From Prasinococcaceae sp. CCMP 1430 (lineage: Eukaryota > Plantae > Prasinodermophyta), in NCBI GenBank assembly GCA_013416795.1, contig RQSC01000004.1:38315-63483 (forward strand): a stretch of 25,169 nucleotides of DNA, given 5' to 3'. The notes below the pieces were generated by a model. That model was given only the letters and a program-made list of their open reading frames with translations, had not been told where the DNA came from and ran no database searches. Shown piece by piece: positions 8,489-19,298 of this stretch (the stretch's first letter is position 1; every line of letters begins with the position of its first letter). The translations under genes and the position numbers were made by a program.

Positions 8489-10711
8489 GGCGCGAAGGCC
8501 AGCGGGGGCTCGAAGCGCCAGCGCTCGCCCGCGCTCGCGGCCGCCGCCAAGCGCGCGCGCCCGCGATCGGAGCGCGAGCGAGGCGGTGGACGCGGCGGCG
8601 GCGGCGGCGGCAGCGGCGACCGCGAGGGCTCGGCGCTGTCCACTCCCGCCGGCACCGGCTCGGCGCGCCTGCGCGACATGGGCGGCATCGAGGGCGAGCT
8701 GCGCGCCATTCGCGAGCTCGTGCTGTACCCGCTCGCACATCCGGAGGTGTACGCGTGGCTGGGCGTCCCGCCGCCGCGTGGCGTGCTGTTGCACGGCCCG
8801 CCCGGCACTGGCAAGACCATGCTCGCGCACGCCATCGCCGCCGAAGCGGGCGTCCCTTTCTTCCGCGTCGCCGCACCCGAGCTCGTCAGCGGCATGTCGG
8901 GTGAGAGCGAGGCCAAGATCCGCGAGCTCTTCGAGGCGGCGGCGCGGCGCGCGCCGGCCATCATCTTCATCGACGAGATCGACGTGATCGCGCCGAAGCG
9001 CGAGAGCGCCGCGAGGGAGATGGAGAGGCGCATTGTGGCGCAGCTGCTCACCTCGATGGACCAGCTCGGCCAGCACGACGATGGAGAGGGCGCCCGTGGA
9101 GGCGAAGGCGGTGGCGGCGAGGCAGACGGCGGCGCTGCGCGCCCAGCACGCCCGCACGTCATCGTGCTTGGCGCGTCGAACCGGCCCGACGCCCTCGACA
9201 GCGCGCTGCGTCGCGCGGGCCGCTTCGATCGCGAGATCATGCTGGGCGTGCCCGACGAGGGCGCGCGGCTGCGCATCCTGCAGCGCGTCACCGAGCGCGT
9301 ACGCCTCGACGGCGTGCTCGATCTGCGCACCATTGCGCGAAACACGCCGGGCTACGTCGGCGCAGACCTCATGGCGCTCGCCAAAGAGGCCGCTGCCGTC
9401 GCGCTCGCTCGCGTCTTCAAGCAGCTCGAGGAGCGGGACGCCGCGGAGGAGCGAGCGATCGACGCGGCGGGCGAGGACGGAGTTGGCAATGGCGCGGACG
9501 CCGACATGGGCGTGGGCGCGCCAGCGGGCGCGGCTTCGGGCGCGGGTGTGGGCGCGGAAGCCGCCATGGACGTCGACGGCGCCTGCGCCACTGCCGGTGG
9601 CGCGCCCGTCGTGGAGGAGCAGCCCTTCTCGTGCGCTGTGCGCGCGGCGCCGCTGACCGCTGAGGAGCTCGCCGGGGTGGCCGTGTGCGCCGAGGACTTC
9701 GAGGCGGCGCTGGAGCGCGTGCAACCCAGCGCGACGCGCGAGGGCTTCGCGACCGTCCCCGACGTGACGTGGGCGCAGGTAGGCGCGATGGGCACAGTGC
9801 GCGAGGAGCTCGACTTCGCCATCGCGCGCCCCATCCGCCAGCCCGAGCTTTTCGCGGCCATGGGTCTCAGCGCGGGCGGCGGCGTGCTGCTGTACGGCCC
9901 GCCAGGCTGCGGCAAGACGCTGGCGGCCAAGGCCGTCGCAAACGAGTGCCGCGCCAACTTCATCTCCATCAAGGGCCCCGAGCTGCTCAACAAGTTCGTC
10001 GGCGAGTCCGAGCGCGCCGTGCGCTCCATCTTCGCGCGCGCGCGTGCCTCGGCTCCGTGCATCCTCTTCTTCGACGAGCTGGACTCGCTGGCGCCGCGCC
10101 GCGGCACCGACGGAAACGCCGCCGCCGAGAGGGTGGTCAACCAGCTGCTCACGGAGATGGACGGGCTCAGCGCGCGTGGCTCGGTCTACTGCCTGGCGGC
10201 GACCAACAGGCCCGACATGATTGACCCAGCCATGCTGCGCCCGGGCCGGCTCGACAAGATGCTCTTCGTGCCGCTGCCCGCTCCGCAGGAGCGCGCCGCC
10301 ATCGCCAAGGCGCTCTGCCGCAAGGTACCCGTCGAGAGCGTGCAGGACGCCATGGACGTGGCCGCGGGGACCGCGTGCGAGGGCTTCTCCGGCGCCGACC
10401 TCGCGGCGCTCGTGCGCGAGGCGTGCGTGGTCGCCATTCGCTCGGCGGCGCCCGACGCGGGCGTGGAGGGCGGTGCGCCGGCGCCCAAGGTGACACTCGC
10501 GCACCTGCGCGACGCTGCGACCAGGGTGACGCCGAGCGTGTCCAAGAGGGACGCCAAGCGGTACTCGAAGCTCGCCACCACCTTCTCGAGGGCGACCGCA
10601 GGGGCCACCGACGGTGGCACACAGGACGGTGGAGGTGCGGGCAATGTCGCGGGCGCCGCAGGCGGCGAGCCACCAGCGGGCGGCGCGGACGGCGACGCCG
10701 CGCTCGCGTGA
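8489..10711 (+). CDS. NVL: Nuclear VCP-like / CDC48C (NVL, Rix7) type II AAA+ ATPase; 5' end missing or unresolved
   Basis: D1 has DMGG, GVLLHGPPGTGKT, ELVSGMSGESEAKIRELF, IFIDEID, REMERRIVAQLLTSMD and LRRAGRFDREI. D2 has REGFATVPDVTW, GVLLYGPPGCGKTLAAKAVANE, FFDELDSL and MLRPGRLDK. The first in-frame ATG (8678) is inside the D1 DxGG motif; a candidate true start is ATG 8265 before the N. TGTAA at 10712-10716. Confidence 0.92.
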   Translation, partial: GAKASGGSKRQRSPALAAAAKRARPRSERERGGGRGGGGGGSGDREGSALSTPAGTGSARLRDMGGIEGELRAIRELVLYPLAHPEVYAWLGVPPPRGVLLHGPPGTGKTMLAHAIAAEAGVPFFRVAAPELVSGMSGESEAKIRELFEAAARRAPAIIFIDEIDVIAPKRESAAREMERRIVAQLLTSMDQLGQHDDGEGARGGEGGGGEADGGAARPARPHVIVLGASNRPDALDSALRRAGRFDREIMLGVPDEGARLRILQRVTERVRLDGVLDLRTIARNTPGYVGADLMALAKEAAAVALARVFKQLEERDAAEERAIDAAGEDGVGNGADADMGVGAPAGAASGAGVGAEAAMDVDGACATAGGAPVVEEQPFSCAVRAAPLTAEELAGVAVCAEDFEAALERVQPSATREGFATVPDVTWAQVGAMGTVREELDFAIARPIRQPELFAAMGLSAGGGVLLYGPPGCGKTLAAKAVANECRANFISIKGPELLNKFVGESERAVRSIFARARASAPCILFFDELDSLAPRRGTDGNAAAERVVNQLLTEMDGLSARGSVYCLAATNRPDMIDPAMLRPGRLDKMLFVPLPAPQERAAIAKALCRKVPVESVQDAMDVAAGTACEGFSGADLAALVREACVVAIRSAAPDAGVEGGAPAPKVTLAHLRDAATRVTPSVSKRDAKRYSKLATTFSRATAGATDGGTQDGGGAGNVAGAAGGEPPAGGADGDAALA

Positions 10712-10874
10712 TGTAACTAATGATCGGACAGAACGCGGCCGCGAGAGAGCGTCCCTGCTGCAGCAATCGCGCATGCGTGCGCGGCGGCATAGCTCAGTCC
10801 GCCCACATGCGCGCGGTCCAGCGCCCCCCGAGGCAGCTTACAAACAGGTTTAGATGTTACTGTACTCGTGTTAG

Positions 10875-12301
10875 TTACTCGTCGCCCGCACCCGCGCCGT
10901 ACTGCTCCTCGAGCTTCCCCATGGCGCTGCTGGTGACGACGATCTTCGACGCGCGCAGCACATCGTACACCGACAGGTTGTTGGCCGGGCGCTGCACGAG
11001 ACGCGAAATGTTGCGCGCGGACAGCACGGCGTTGTCACTCGCGCCGTCGTGAATCAGCAGCGCGTGCTCACGCTCCCAGTCGACGCCCCACCTGAGCGCG
11101 CGGGTGGTTGCAGGGCGAATTGAGGGGACGCGACGCGGGGTCAGCACGCCGCTTTGCGCCTCCAGCTCTTCCTCTCTCCTCTCTATGCCCCACTTCCTCT
11201 TTCGGCGGCCGCGTCGGGGCTGCGACGCGGCACCGGCGGGGTTGCCACGCAGTGCGCGTGACCGCGCTTGTCGCGCTGCCCGCTGCGCTCAGCGCCTCGC
11301 ACTGGCGCGCATGGCCCTGCGCTCTGCCAGCGAGCGCCGCACGAGCCCCGCGTGTGCCCCTCTCGCCCGGCCGGGGCACCGCGCCGCTGATCTCGACGCA
11401 TCGCCGATGCCGCCGGGGGCGTCCCAGCGCGGCGCCCGTGCCGTGCAGCGTCTGCCCGCGGCCGCGTCGCGCGGCGCCCGCCCGCTGAGGGTTTTGGGAG
11501 GCCCACACCCGCGGGTCGCAGCACAAAAAAAAACGGATAAAAAAAAGGTGCACCGCGAAACGGCGCGCGCGTGCGAGCCACTGCGCCGAGCACGCGCGGG
11601 CGCCTCGGCGCCCCCTCCCCTCCCCCGCGGCGGCGAGCGTCGCCGCAGGTGCAAACATCCCGCCACGTCCAAGCTCAGGGGGGGCGGGGCGCGCGGGGCG
11701 CGCCGCTTCTCCCCGCGTGCCCCCCCCGCGCGCCACGCGTCGCGCGCGGGGGTTTTGTGGCCCATTTTTTTTTCCGGCGCCGCGCGCGCGCGCGCGCGCC
11801 GCGTCCCGCCCGTCTCCCGCGCGCGCGAAACGCACCTCTTGAGCGCGCTGGCGAACTCCTTGGTGGCGGGCCCGTCGGCGAACTTGTCGTCGTAGTCCTC
11901 GACGACGGTCATGTCCGGCGCGGCGTTCTGCAGGCTGGCCGCGATGGCGAGCCGCTTCTCCTTCTTGTTCATCTTGAGCGAGAAGTCGCGCGGCTTGGGG
12001 CCGAAGGAGACGCCGCCGCCCGGCTTGAGCGGCGTGCGGCTCGAGCCCTGCCTCGCGCGGCCGGTGCCCTTCTGCGCAAAGGGCTTCTTGCCGCCGCCCG
12101 AGACCTCGGCGCGCGTCTTGGTGTTCGCCGAACCCTGCCGCCGGTTGGCGAGCTCCTGCACCAGCTTGCGGTGGACGACGTGCTCGGCCGTGCCCCCCTC
12201 GGGCACGGTCAGGCTCAGCTGCACCTGGCCGGTGGGCGTGCCCTCCCAGTCGACGACGTCGACGGCGGCCGCCGGCGCGGGCGCCGCCATCGCGCGCGGC
12301 G
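10875..12301 (-). CDS. rpl4: Nucleus-encoded plastid 50S ribosomal protein uL4; exons <12301-11836 and 11091-10875; transit peptide runs into the gap
   Basis: RRQGSANTKTRAEVSGGGKKPFAQKGTGRARQGS...GGGVSFGPKPRDFSLKMNKKEKRLA. Intron 11835-11092 (GTGCGT...TCAG, CTGAC at 11144-11140) gives ALKR|WGVD...LSARNI...NLSVYDVLRA. Minus-strand TGTAA at 10842-10838. Confidence 0.93.
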
Positions 12302-12477
12302 NNNNNNNNNNNNNNNNNNNNNNNNNNNNNNNNNNNNNNNNNNNNNNNNNNNNNNNNNNNNNNNNNNNNNNNNNNNNNNNNNNNNNNNNNNNNNNNNNNN
12401 NNNNNNNNNNNNNNNNNNNNNNNNNNNNNNNNNNNNNNNNNNNNNNNNNNNNNNNNNNNNNNNNNNNNNNNNNNNNN
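12302..12477. other. Assembly gap (176 N)
   Basis: Run of N. Confidence 1.
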
Positions 12478-12557
12478 CCCTCGCGCGCCGCGCGGCGGCG
12501 GCGGCCGCGAACGGCGCGGGGTGATGTGGCGCGCGCACGCGCGCCGCAGTTTTGGTG

Positions 12558-12960
12558 CGCGCGAAGCTCTATATCAAAGCTCATGTGAAAGGGCGGTGCA
12601 ACTCGGAACTGCTGGGGAGAAAATATAGATCAAATCTCATGTGAAAGGGCGGTGCAACTCGGAATTGGTGGGGAGAAAATATGTATCAAAGCTCATTTGA
12701 AAGGGCGGTGCAACTCGGACTTGTTGGGGAGAAAACATAGCTCAAAGCTCATGTGAAAGGGTGGCGCAACTCGGAATTGTCCACGCGAAGCTCTATATCA
12801 AAGCTCATGTGAAGGGGTGGCGCAACTCGGAATTGTCCACGCGAAGCTCTATATCAAAGCTCATGTGAAAGGGTGGCGCGACTCGGAATTGTCCACGCTA
12901 AGCTCTATATCAAAGCTCATGTGAAGGGGCGGTGCAACTCGGAAGTGTTGGGGCAGAAAA
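12558..12960. repeat. 56-bp tandem repeat (7 units, two subtypes)
   Basis: Core ATCAAAGCTCATGTGAARGGGYGGYGCAACTCGGAA recurs with minor variation at 12573, 12629, 12685, 12741, 12797, 12853 and 12909 (period exactly 56). Confidence 0.95.
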
Positions 12961-13601
12961 CGCGGGCGAAAACGCGGCGCCGCGCGTGCGAATTGAGCTG
13001 AGATCCGGCCACCGGAAAAAAACCGCGCGTGCGTTTTTTTTTTGCCATCAAACCCCACGCGCGAGCGACGGCGTTTTTTTTTACGATGATTTTCGGGGCA
13101 TTTTCCGCAGGTAAATCATTTTCTTAAAGCATAATGCGCACACCCACGAAAACATAGGCGCGCACGCACCCACGCACGAAAACACGCGCGCACTCGCGCA
13201 CACACACGCAGGGTGTGGATCGGCGCACGCGCACACACACACAAACAAAACCGAAAATTAAAAAAAAACAAAAACACAGCGAAATCATTTAAAAAAAAAG
13301 GGGCGCAAACGGATGCGTTTTGACGTCGTTAGGGTATATCTGAATATTAGGGCTCCAATTGTATATAAGTGTGAATGTATCAATAGGGCAGAGACGAAAC
13401 CCGAACGTCGACGCACGACGGGGCGGGCCGCTCGGCCGCAGCCGCCGCTGGCGCACGGCGCCCGCCCACAGACACACACACACACACCACCGCCGTCGCC
13501 AGCGCCCCACACGGTCTCGAGCAGGGCGGCAGGCGCCACAGCGCTGCGGCGCCGCGCAGGGGGTTGGCCGTTCGCCGGCCGGCCGGCCTGCGGCGGCCGC
13601 A

Positions 13602-14434
13602 CGCGCGTGCGACCACGCCGTCGCGCTGCCCACGCCGTTCGACCGCGCCGCGCACGATGCGGAGCCGTGCCGCGCGGACGCCACGCGCAGCGGCACGCTC
13701 GAGGAACCGCGCCACGCCGGGCCGCGCGCCAAGGAGTACCCCTTCGCGCTCGATCCCTTCCAGGAGACGGCCGTCGCGTGCCTCGAGCGCCGCGAGAGCG
13801 TGCTCGTCGGCGCGCACACGTCGGCCGGCAAGACGGTCGTCGCCGAGTACGCCATCGCGATGGCGCGCCGCGACGGGCAGCGCGTGGTGTACACCTCGCC
13901 GCTCAAGGCGCTCTCCAACCAGAAGTACCGCGACCTCAAGGAGGAGTTCGGCGACGTCGGCCTGCTCACGGGCGACGTGGTCATCGCGCCAAACGCGAGC
14001 TGCCTGGTCATGACCACCGAGATCATGCGCTCGATGCTCTACCGCGGCTCGGAGGTGATGCGCTCGGTCGGCTGGGTGATTTTCGACGAGGTGCACTACA
14101 TGCGCGACCGCGAGCGCGGCGTCGTGTGGGAGGAGAGCCTCATCTTCATACCGGAGGGCGCGCGCGTCGTGCTGCTCTCGGCAACGCTACCGAATTCGCT
14201 CGAGTTCGCCGAGTGGGTCGCGCAGCTGCATTCGCGGCCAGTGCACGTGGTGACCACCAGCTACCGGCCCACGCCGCTGCAGCACTACGTCTTTCCCGCG
14301 GGCGGCAAGGGCCTCTACCTGGCGGTCGACGAGAGGGGGCGATTCCGCAAGGACAACTATCGCAAAATGAGGGCCATCTTCAAGCCCAACGACGACGGTA
14401 CGGTCGACGCGGACGACGCCATGGACCACGGCCT

Positions 14435-14475
<41 letters not shown>

Positions 14476-16958
14476 GGCAGACCGCGGGCGCGGGCGGAGG
14501 CGGGCGTGACGACCGCGGGAGGGTGAGCGCGGGTGGCGGCGCCAAGGGCAAGGGCAAGAAGAAGGCGTCGGCCGCGGCGGCGGCGGCGGGCGCGGACAAC
14601 CTGCTCCAGGTGTGCCGCGTGGTGAAGCTCATCCAGAGCCAGCAGTGGGAGCCGTGCATCGTCTTCTCGTTCAAGCGGCGCGAGACTGAGGCGCTCGCGC
14701 TCAAACTGGTGCAGGAGGGCGTGGATTTCAACACCGACGCCGAGAAGGCCGAGGTCGCCGAGATTTACGCGGGCGCCGTCGCCGGCCTCAGCGAGGAGGA
14801 CCGCGAGATTCCCGCGGTGAAGCACCTGCTGCCGATCCTCCAGAAGGGCGTGGCCGTGCACCACGGCGGCCTACTGCCGCTGCTCAAGGAGGCAATCGAG
14901 CTTCTCTTCCAGGAGGGCTACATCAAGTGCCTGTTTGCCACCGAGACGTTTAGCATGGGGCTCAACATGCCCGCGCGCACCGTGGTCTTCTCCGAGGTGC
15001 ACAAGTGGGACGGCGAGGAGAATCGCCTGCTCAACTCGGGCGAGTACATCCAGATGAGCGGGCGCGCGGGGCGCCGCGGCAAGGACGCGCGCGGCAACTG
15101 CATCATTATGCTCGCCGACGACGTCGAGGAGGACATGCTGGAGAAGATGATCAAGGGCGACGCGATCCCGCTCATGTCGAGCTTCAAGCTGAGCTACTAC
15201 ACGCTGCTCAACCTCATGAGCCGCGTGGAGGCCGTCGCCGACACCGAGTTCGTCATCAAGCGCTCCTTCCACCAGTTCCAGCACGACCGCGACGCCCCGC
15301 GCGTGTCCGCGCGCCTCGCCGAGGTGGACGATGAGCTAGGCGCCATCGTCGTGGAGAACGAGGCGCAGATCGAAGCGTGCCGCGAGCTGCGCGCGCGCGC
15401 GGACCGCGAGGGCCTGCGGTTGAGCGCGCTGGCCATGCGTCCCGAGCACTCGCTGCGCTTCCTGCAGGCGGGCAGGCTCGTGCGCGTGCGGCTGCCCGGC
15501 ATGCCGCCGCTGCAGGGTGCGTGGTGCGTGGCGGTGCGTGCGGTGAGCGCAGGCGAGAACAGGTACGTCGTGGACTGTCTCATGCCGGTGAGCAGCGCCA
15601 ACAAGCGGAGGGCGGTCGATGGCGGCGGCGGCGCGGCGGCGGCGGACGGCGGACGGGGTGCGGACGATGACGCGCCGCGCCGCGCATCTCCGTGCCACGC
15701 AACCGACGCCGGCGCCGAGCTGGTGGTCGCCCCCGTGCGCCTCGCGCTGGTGACGTCGCTGGGGGCGCCGCGCGTGCTGGTGCCGCCCGACCTGCGCCCG
15801 CGCGACAAGCGCGCCTCAGTGATGCTGTCCCTGCTGGAGATCCTGCGGAGGTACCCCGAGGGCGTGCCCGAGCTCGACCCCATCGAGCACATGGGCGTCG
15901 ACGCCAAGGAGGTTGAGTCCATCGCCGTGGAGATCGAGGCGCTCGAGGCGCAGATGGCGACCATGCCCGAGGATGCGCGGCGGGCGGCGGGGATCTTGGA
16001 CGTCGCGGCTGGTCCGGGCGGTGGCGGGGCGAGCGGCGGGGGAGGGGGCAACACCGGCGAGGCGAAAAAGGCGAACGGCGCCTCTTCCGAGGCGCCGAGC
16101 GCGTACGAGCGCCGCGAGGCCCTGCGCACTGAGGCCGCCGCGCTGCGCGCGAAGCAGAACAAGAGCCACCTGTCGCAGTTCCACCGCGAGTTGCGCCTTC
16201 GCAGCGCGGTGCTGCGCCGGATGGGACACGTGGATGGCGAGGGCCTGGTGACGCGCAAGGGCCACGCTGCACGCGAGATCGACACCGCCGACGAGCTGCT
16301 GGTGAGCGAGCTCATGTTCAGCGGCATCTTCAGTGGCATGAGCGCCGCGCAGTGCGCCGCGGTGGCGTCGTGCTTCGTGCCCGTCGAGAAGAGCCAGACG
16401 CAGGTCACGCTGAAGCACCCCCGCCTGGTCGCCGCGCTGCAGGCCGTGCAAGACACCGCCGAGCGCATCGCCACCGTGTGCGTGGAGGAAGGCCTCGAGA
16501 TGGACAAGGAGGAGTACGCGCAGTCCTTCGCGCCCACTCTCATGGACGTGGTGTACTCGTGGGCGGTGGGAAAGACCTTCGTGGAGTGCCTCGCCAAGAC
16601 CGACCTCTTCGAGGGCAGCGTGATCCGCGCCATACGGCGGCTCCACGAGCTGCTGGCGAACCTGTGCCTCGCGGCCAAGGCCGTGGGCGATCCCGAGCTG
16701 GACGCGCTCTTCGAGGCGGCCGGGGACGCGCTGCGGCGGGGGATTGTGTTCTCCAACTCGCTGTACATTGATGAGGAGGGCATTGCCAACGCCGAGGGGG
16801 GTGGGGCCGCTGCAGGTGGAAATAATGGTGGGGGGGGCGTCGCTCCCGGGGGAGGACTGCAGGGTGGGATCCAGGCTGCCACTCAGGGCGAGGACGACGA
16901 CGACGACGACGACGATGATGATTATCAGGGAGGCGCGAGTCCTATACGTATGATATAA
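13602..16958 (+). CDS. HEN2: Ski2-like DExH RNA helicase of the MTR4 family, HEN2-type exosome cofactor; start codon not identified
   Basis: AKEYPFALDPFQ, AHTSAGKT, YTSPLKALSNQKY, FDEVHYM, LSAT, QMSGRAGRRG, arch/KOW region and C-terminal FEGSVIRAIRRL...IVFSNSLY. RACDHAVALP, GTLEEP and LSYYTLLNLMSR...SFHQFQH resemble plant HEN2 more than MTR4. No intron apparent; acidic Gly-rich tail. Confidence 0.88.
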
Positions 16959-17149
16959 AAACAAGGGAGTAGTGGGCGGATGGGGGAGGGGCCGAAGGCG
17001 CCATCCTCCTCTCACTCTCTCGTGAACTCCTCGGTGCTCGGCGCGCCCGGCGCGCATGCTGTGCTATGGTACAGAGAGAGGGGCGAGGCGCGCTAGGCTG
17101 GCGCCTCCACGACGTGGCCGCCGGCTGGCGACCGCGCCTCGGGTGCGCC

Positions 17150-18088
17150 TCACCAGCACACCCCCCTGAGCCCCAGCGGGTCCGAGACCCACATGGTGAC
17201 GATCTCCCTCGGTATGCTCTTCGGCACGCCGATGCCGTAGTCGTAGAGCGGCTGCGCGTCGAGCGTGCGCTCGTGTTCGTGCGTGTCGCGGCCGAATTTG
17301 ATCATGGCGTCGGCGCGCGCCATGTGTTTCCACAGGTGGTCGATGCGGTCGACGTGGAGCAGCTTGGACCACGACGACCAGGGCGCGAAGAGCCCCGTGG
17401 ACAGGCGCAGGTCGAGGGACATGTGCAGCATGTAGCAGCGCACCATCGCGTCCCGCGCCTCGTCGCTCAGCGCGAGCCACAGCGCGCGCAGCCAGGCGAT
17501 GCCCGGCGCGTTGTGCCACAGCGAGACGCCCGCGTGCTCGTACACCACGCAGAAGGGGCGCACGGCGGCGGGGTCGGCGCCCGCAGGCTCGGGGTCGTCC
17601 ACGTACGTGCCGTCGCGCGCACCCCACAGGATGTGCCCGCTGCGGTCGCGCAGCGTTGCCTCGAGGAGCGCGGCCGTGTCCGCGGGGGTCCCCTTGTCCT
17701 TGGAGAGGAAGGCGCTGCCCCGTATGAGCAGCACGCGCGTGCCCGCGGCGTCGCGGCCGCACCAGCGCATCCACGTGTGAGGCCTGTCTTTCCCCGCGGC
17801 CTTGTCGGGGATGGTGATGGCCACGTTGTCGGGGGCCGAGGCGGCCTCGGCGGTGGTGGCGGGGGCGGGGGAGGGGGCGGCGGTGGCGGCGGGGGAAAGG
17901 GTGGCGGCGGGATCGACGGGCAGCGCGGCGGGCGCCGCGAGCGCCGCCGAAGCGAGCGGAGCCGCGCTCGCGGCCTGCTCCCCCTCCTCCTCGTCCATCG
18001 GGACGATCTCCAGGTTGGCCGCGGCGGGCGCGGCCGACGGGATGGTCACGGTCGAGTACTCCTCCTCCCCACTCGCGGGGTCACCCAT
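17150..18088 (-). CDS. CRAL-TRIO (Sec14/BCH-like) domain protein, 312 aa
   Basis: ATG at 18088, Ala/Pro-rich N-terminus, then GRDAAGTRVLLIRG, PFCVVYEHAGV...NAPGIAWLR, YMLH...KLLHVDRIDHLWKHM and EHERTLDAQPLYDYG. This follows the pattern of plant GDAP2-like CRAL-TRIO_2 proteins. Confidence 0.8.
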   Translation of the reverse strand: MGDPASGEEEYSTVTIPSAAPAAANLEIVPMDEEEGEQAASAAPLASAALAAPAALPVDPAATLSPAATAAPSPAPATTAEAASAPDNVAITIPDKAAGKDRPHTWMRWCGRDAAGTRVLLIRGSAFLSKDKGTPADTAALLEATLRDRSGHILWGARDGTYVDDPEPAGADPAAVRPFCVVYEHAGVSLWHNAPGIAWLRALWLALSDEARDAMVRCYMLHMSLDLRLSTGLFAPWSSWSKLLHVDRIDHLWKHMARADAMIKFGRDTHEHERTLDAQPLYDYGIGVPKSIPREIVTMWVSDPLGLRGVCW

Positions 18089-18133
18089 GGCGAAGGAAGG
18101 GAGGGGGGGGAACCTCGGGCACGGCGAGGTGTG

Positions 18134-18134
<1 letters not shown>

Positions 18135-18187
<53 letters not shown>

Positions 18188-18213
18188 GCACACACACACA
18201 CACACACACACAC
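18135..18213. repeat. (CA)n microsatellite, interrupted once by CGCG
   Basis: About 79 nt of CA repeats just upstream of the CRAL-TRIO start. Confidence 0.95.
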
Positions 18214-18702
18214 GCCGCCGCCGCGTGCGCACGGGCGCCCGCGCTCCCCTGCCGCCCCCGTGCTACGGCCGGGGAACGCGCGCAGATTCTGCGCGCTCCG
18301 CAGCCGCCCCGACCAATCGAGCGAAACCCCAATCATCGCTTGGGGCTTTGTACGTCATAATGAGTATATATTCAGGATTGGGTTGGGATTTCGCGGACCC
18401 TGTTTTTCACAAAACAATGGGGGGCTCGCGCGCTGCTGCCGGCGCGTCGTTTTTTTTGTTTGTGTTTTTTGAATTCGGATTTTATATCGCTTTGAATCTG
18501 ATGCGGGCGGTGAGATTTCATGTGCACAGCACGAGGTTTTTGGTGTGTAGTTAGGGTAGGGTTTGTGTTGATTATTGTATACCCTTATTATATTTACCCC
18601 AATCAGTGCGCTGCGCTTTTGAGGTCGAAACGCATGCATTCGGGGCGATCCGACCCAAAGCGAACGGACGGCCGCGCGGCTGGCGCCGCCCGCAGCGCCC
18701 GC

Positions 18703-19298
18703 CTACATCCCAAACACGGCGCGCACCGTCATCATTGCGAGCGCCATGCCCCCGCCCATGGCCGCGTAGGAGACCATCATGCCGCCTGGGAGGCAGCGCA
18801 GGGGGGCGCGCGCGTCAGCCTGCGGCAACGCGACGCGACGCGACGCGATGCGACGCGCCGTGCGTGCGCGCCCTCCCTCGCGCGCGAGTGACTGTGTGCC
18901 AGTGGGTCGCACGGAGCTCCGGCCCGCGCGCCCGCACCGAAGGATGTCGGAGCCCCGCGCGCCCCTGGAAACGCGCCTGCGCCACCAGCGTGTTGCTCGA
19001 CGTCCTGGCCGGGCAACGGCTTGGGGGCACCGACAGCCGTCGTCTGGCCTGTCTGTTTGTTCCAGAAGTACACGCCACCTGTTCGCTCGTCGGTCACCGC
19101 CGTCCACTCTTCCGTGCGCGCGACCGCGTTGGGCGCCCTGCCGCGGGCGCCGCGCCCCCCCGCCGCTCCCGGCGCCGCCGCCGCGAGCGCCCTGTGACGC
19201 GCGCGTGTGCCGCGCGCGCGCGCCGCCCCGCGACGCCCGCCATCAAAACGCACGCGTTTACACCCCCACGTCAAACCGAACCCATTGGTCGCCCTCAT
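18703..19298 (-). CDS. Small WW-domain protein with C-terminal Gly/Met-rich hydrophobic helix; exons (19298?)-18938 and 18785-18703
   Basis: EEWTAVTDERTGGVYFWNKQTGQTTAVGAPKP is WW-like. Intron 18937-18786 (GTGCGG...CCCAG, CTGAC at 18818-18814) yields SFG|GMMVSYAAMGGGMALAMMTVRAVFGM*. Start uncertain (nearest in-frame ATG 19298). Confidence 0.72.

Noticed and set aside
7952-10774. 940-aa minus-strand ORF and other long antisense ORFs (e.g. 621-1889, 15197-16882, 20954-22663, 22437-24206)
   Set aside because: Shadows of GC3-rich real genes with no recognisable motifs.
12558-12960. CRISPR array
   Set aside because: The spacer-like modules are only two repeated types, the core varies with them, there are no cas genes and the context is eukaryotic.
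18089-18232. Cys/Val-repeat N-terminal extension of the CRAL-TRIO ORF
   Set aside because: It is a translation of the (GT)n microsatellite from a GTG start; ATG 18088 is the better start.
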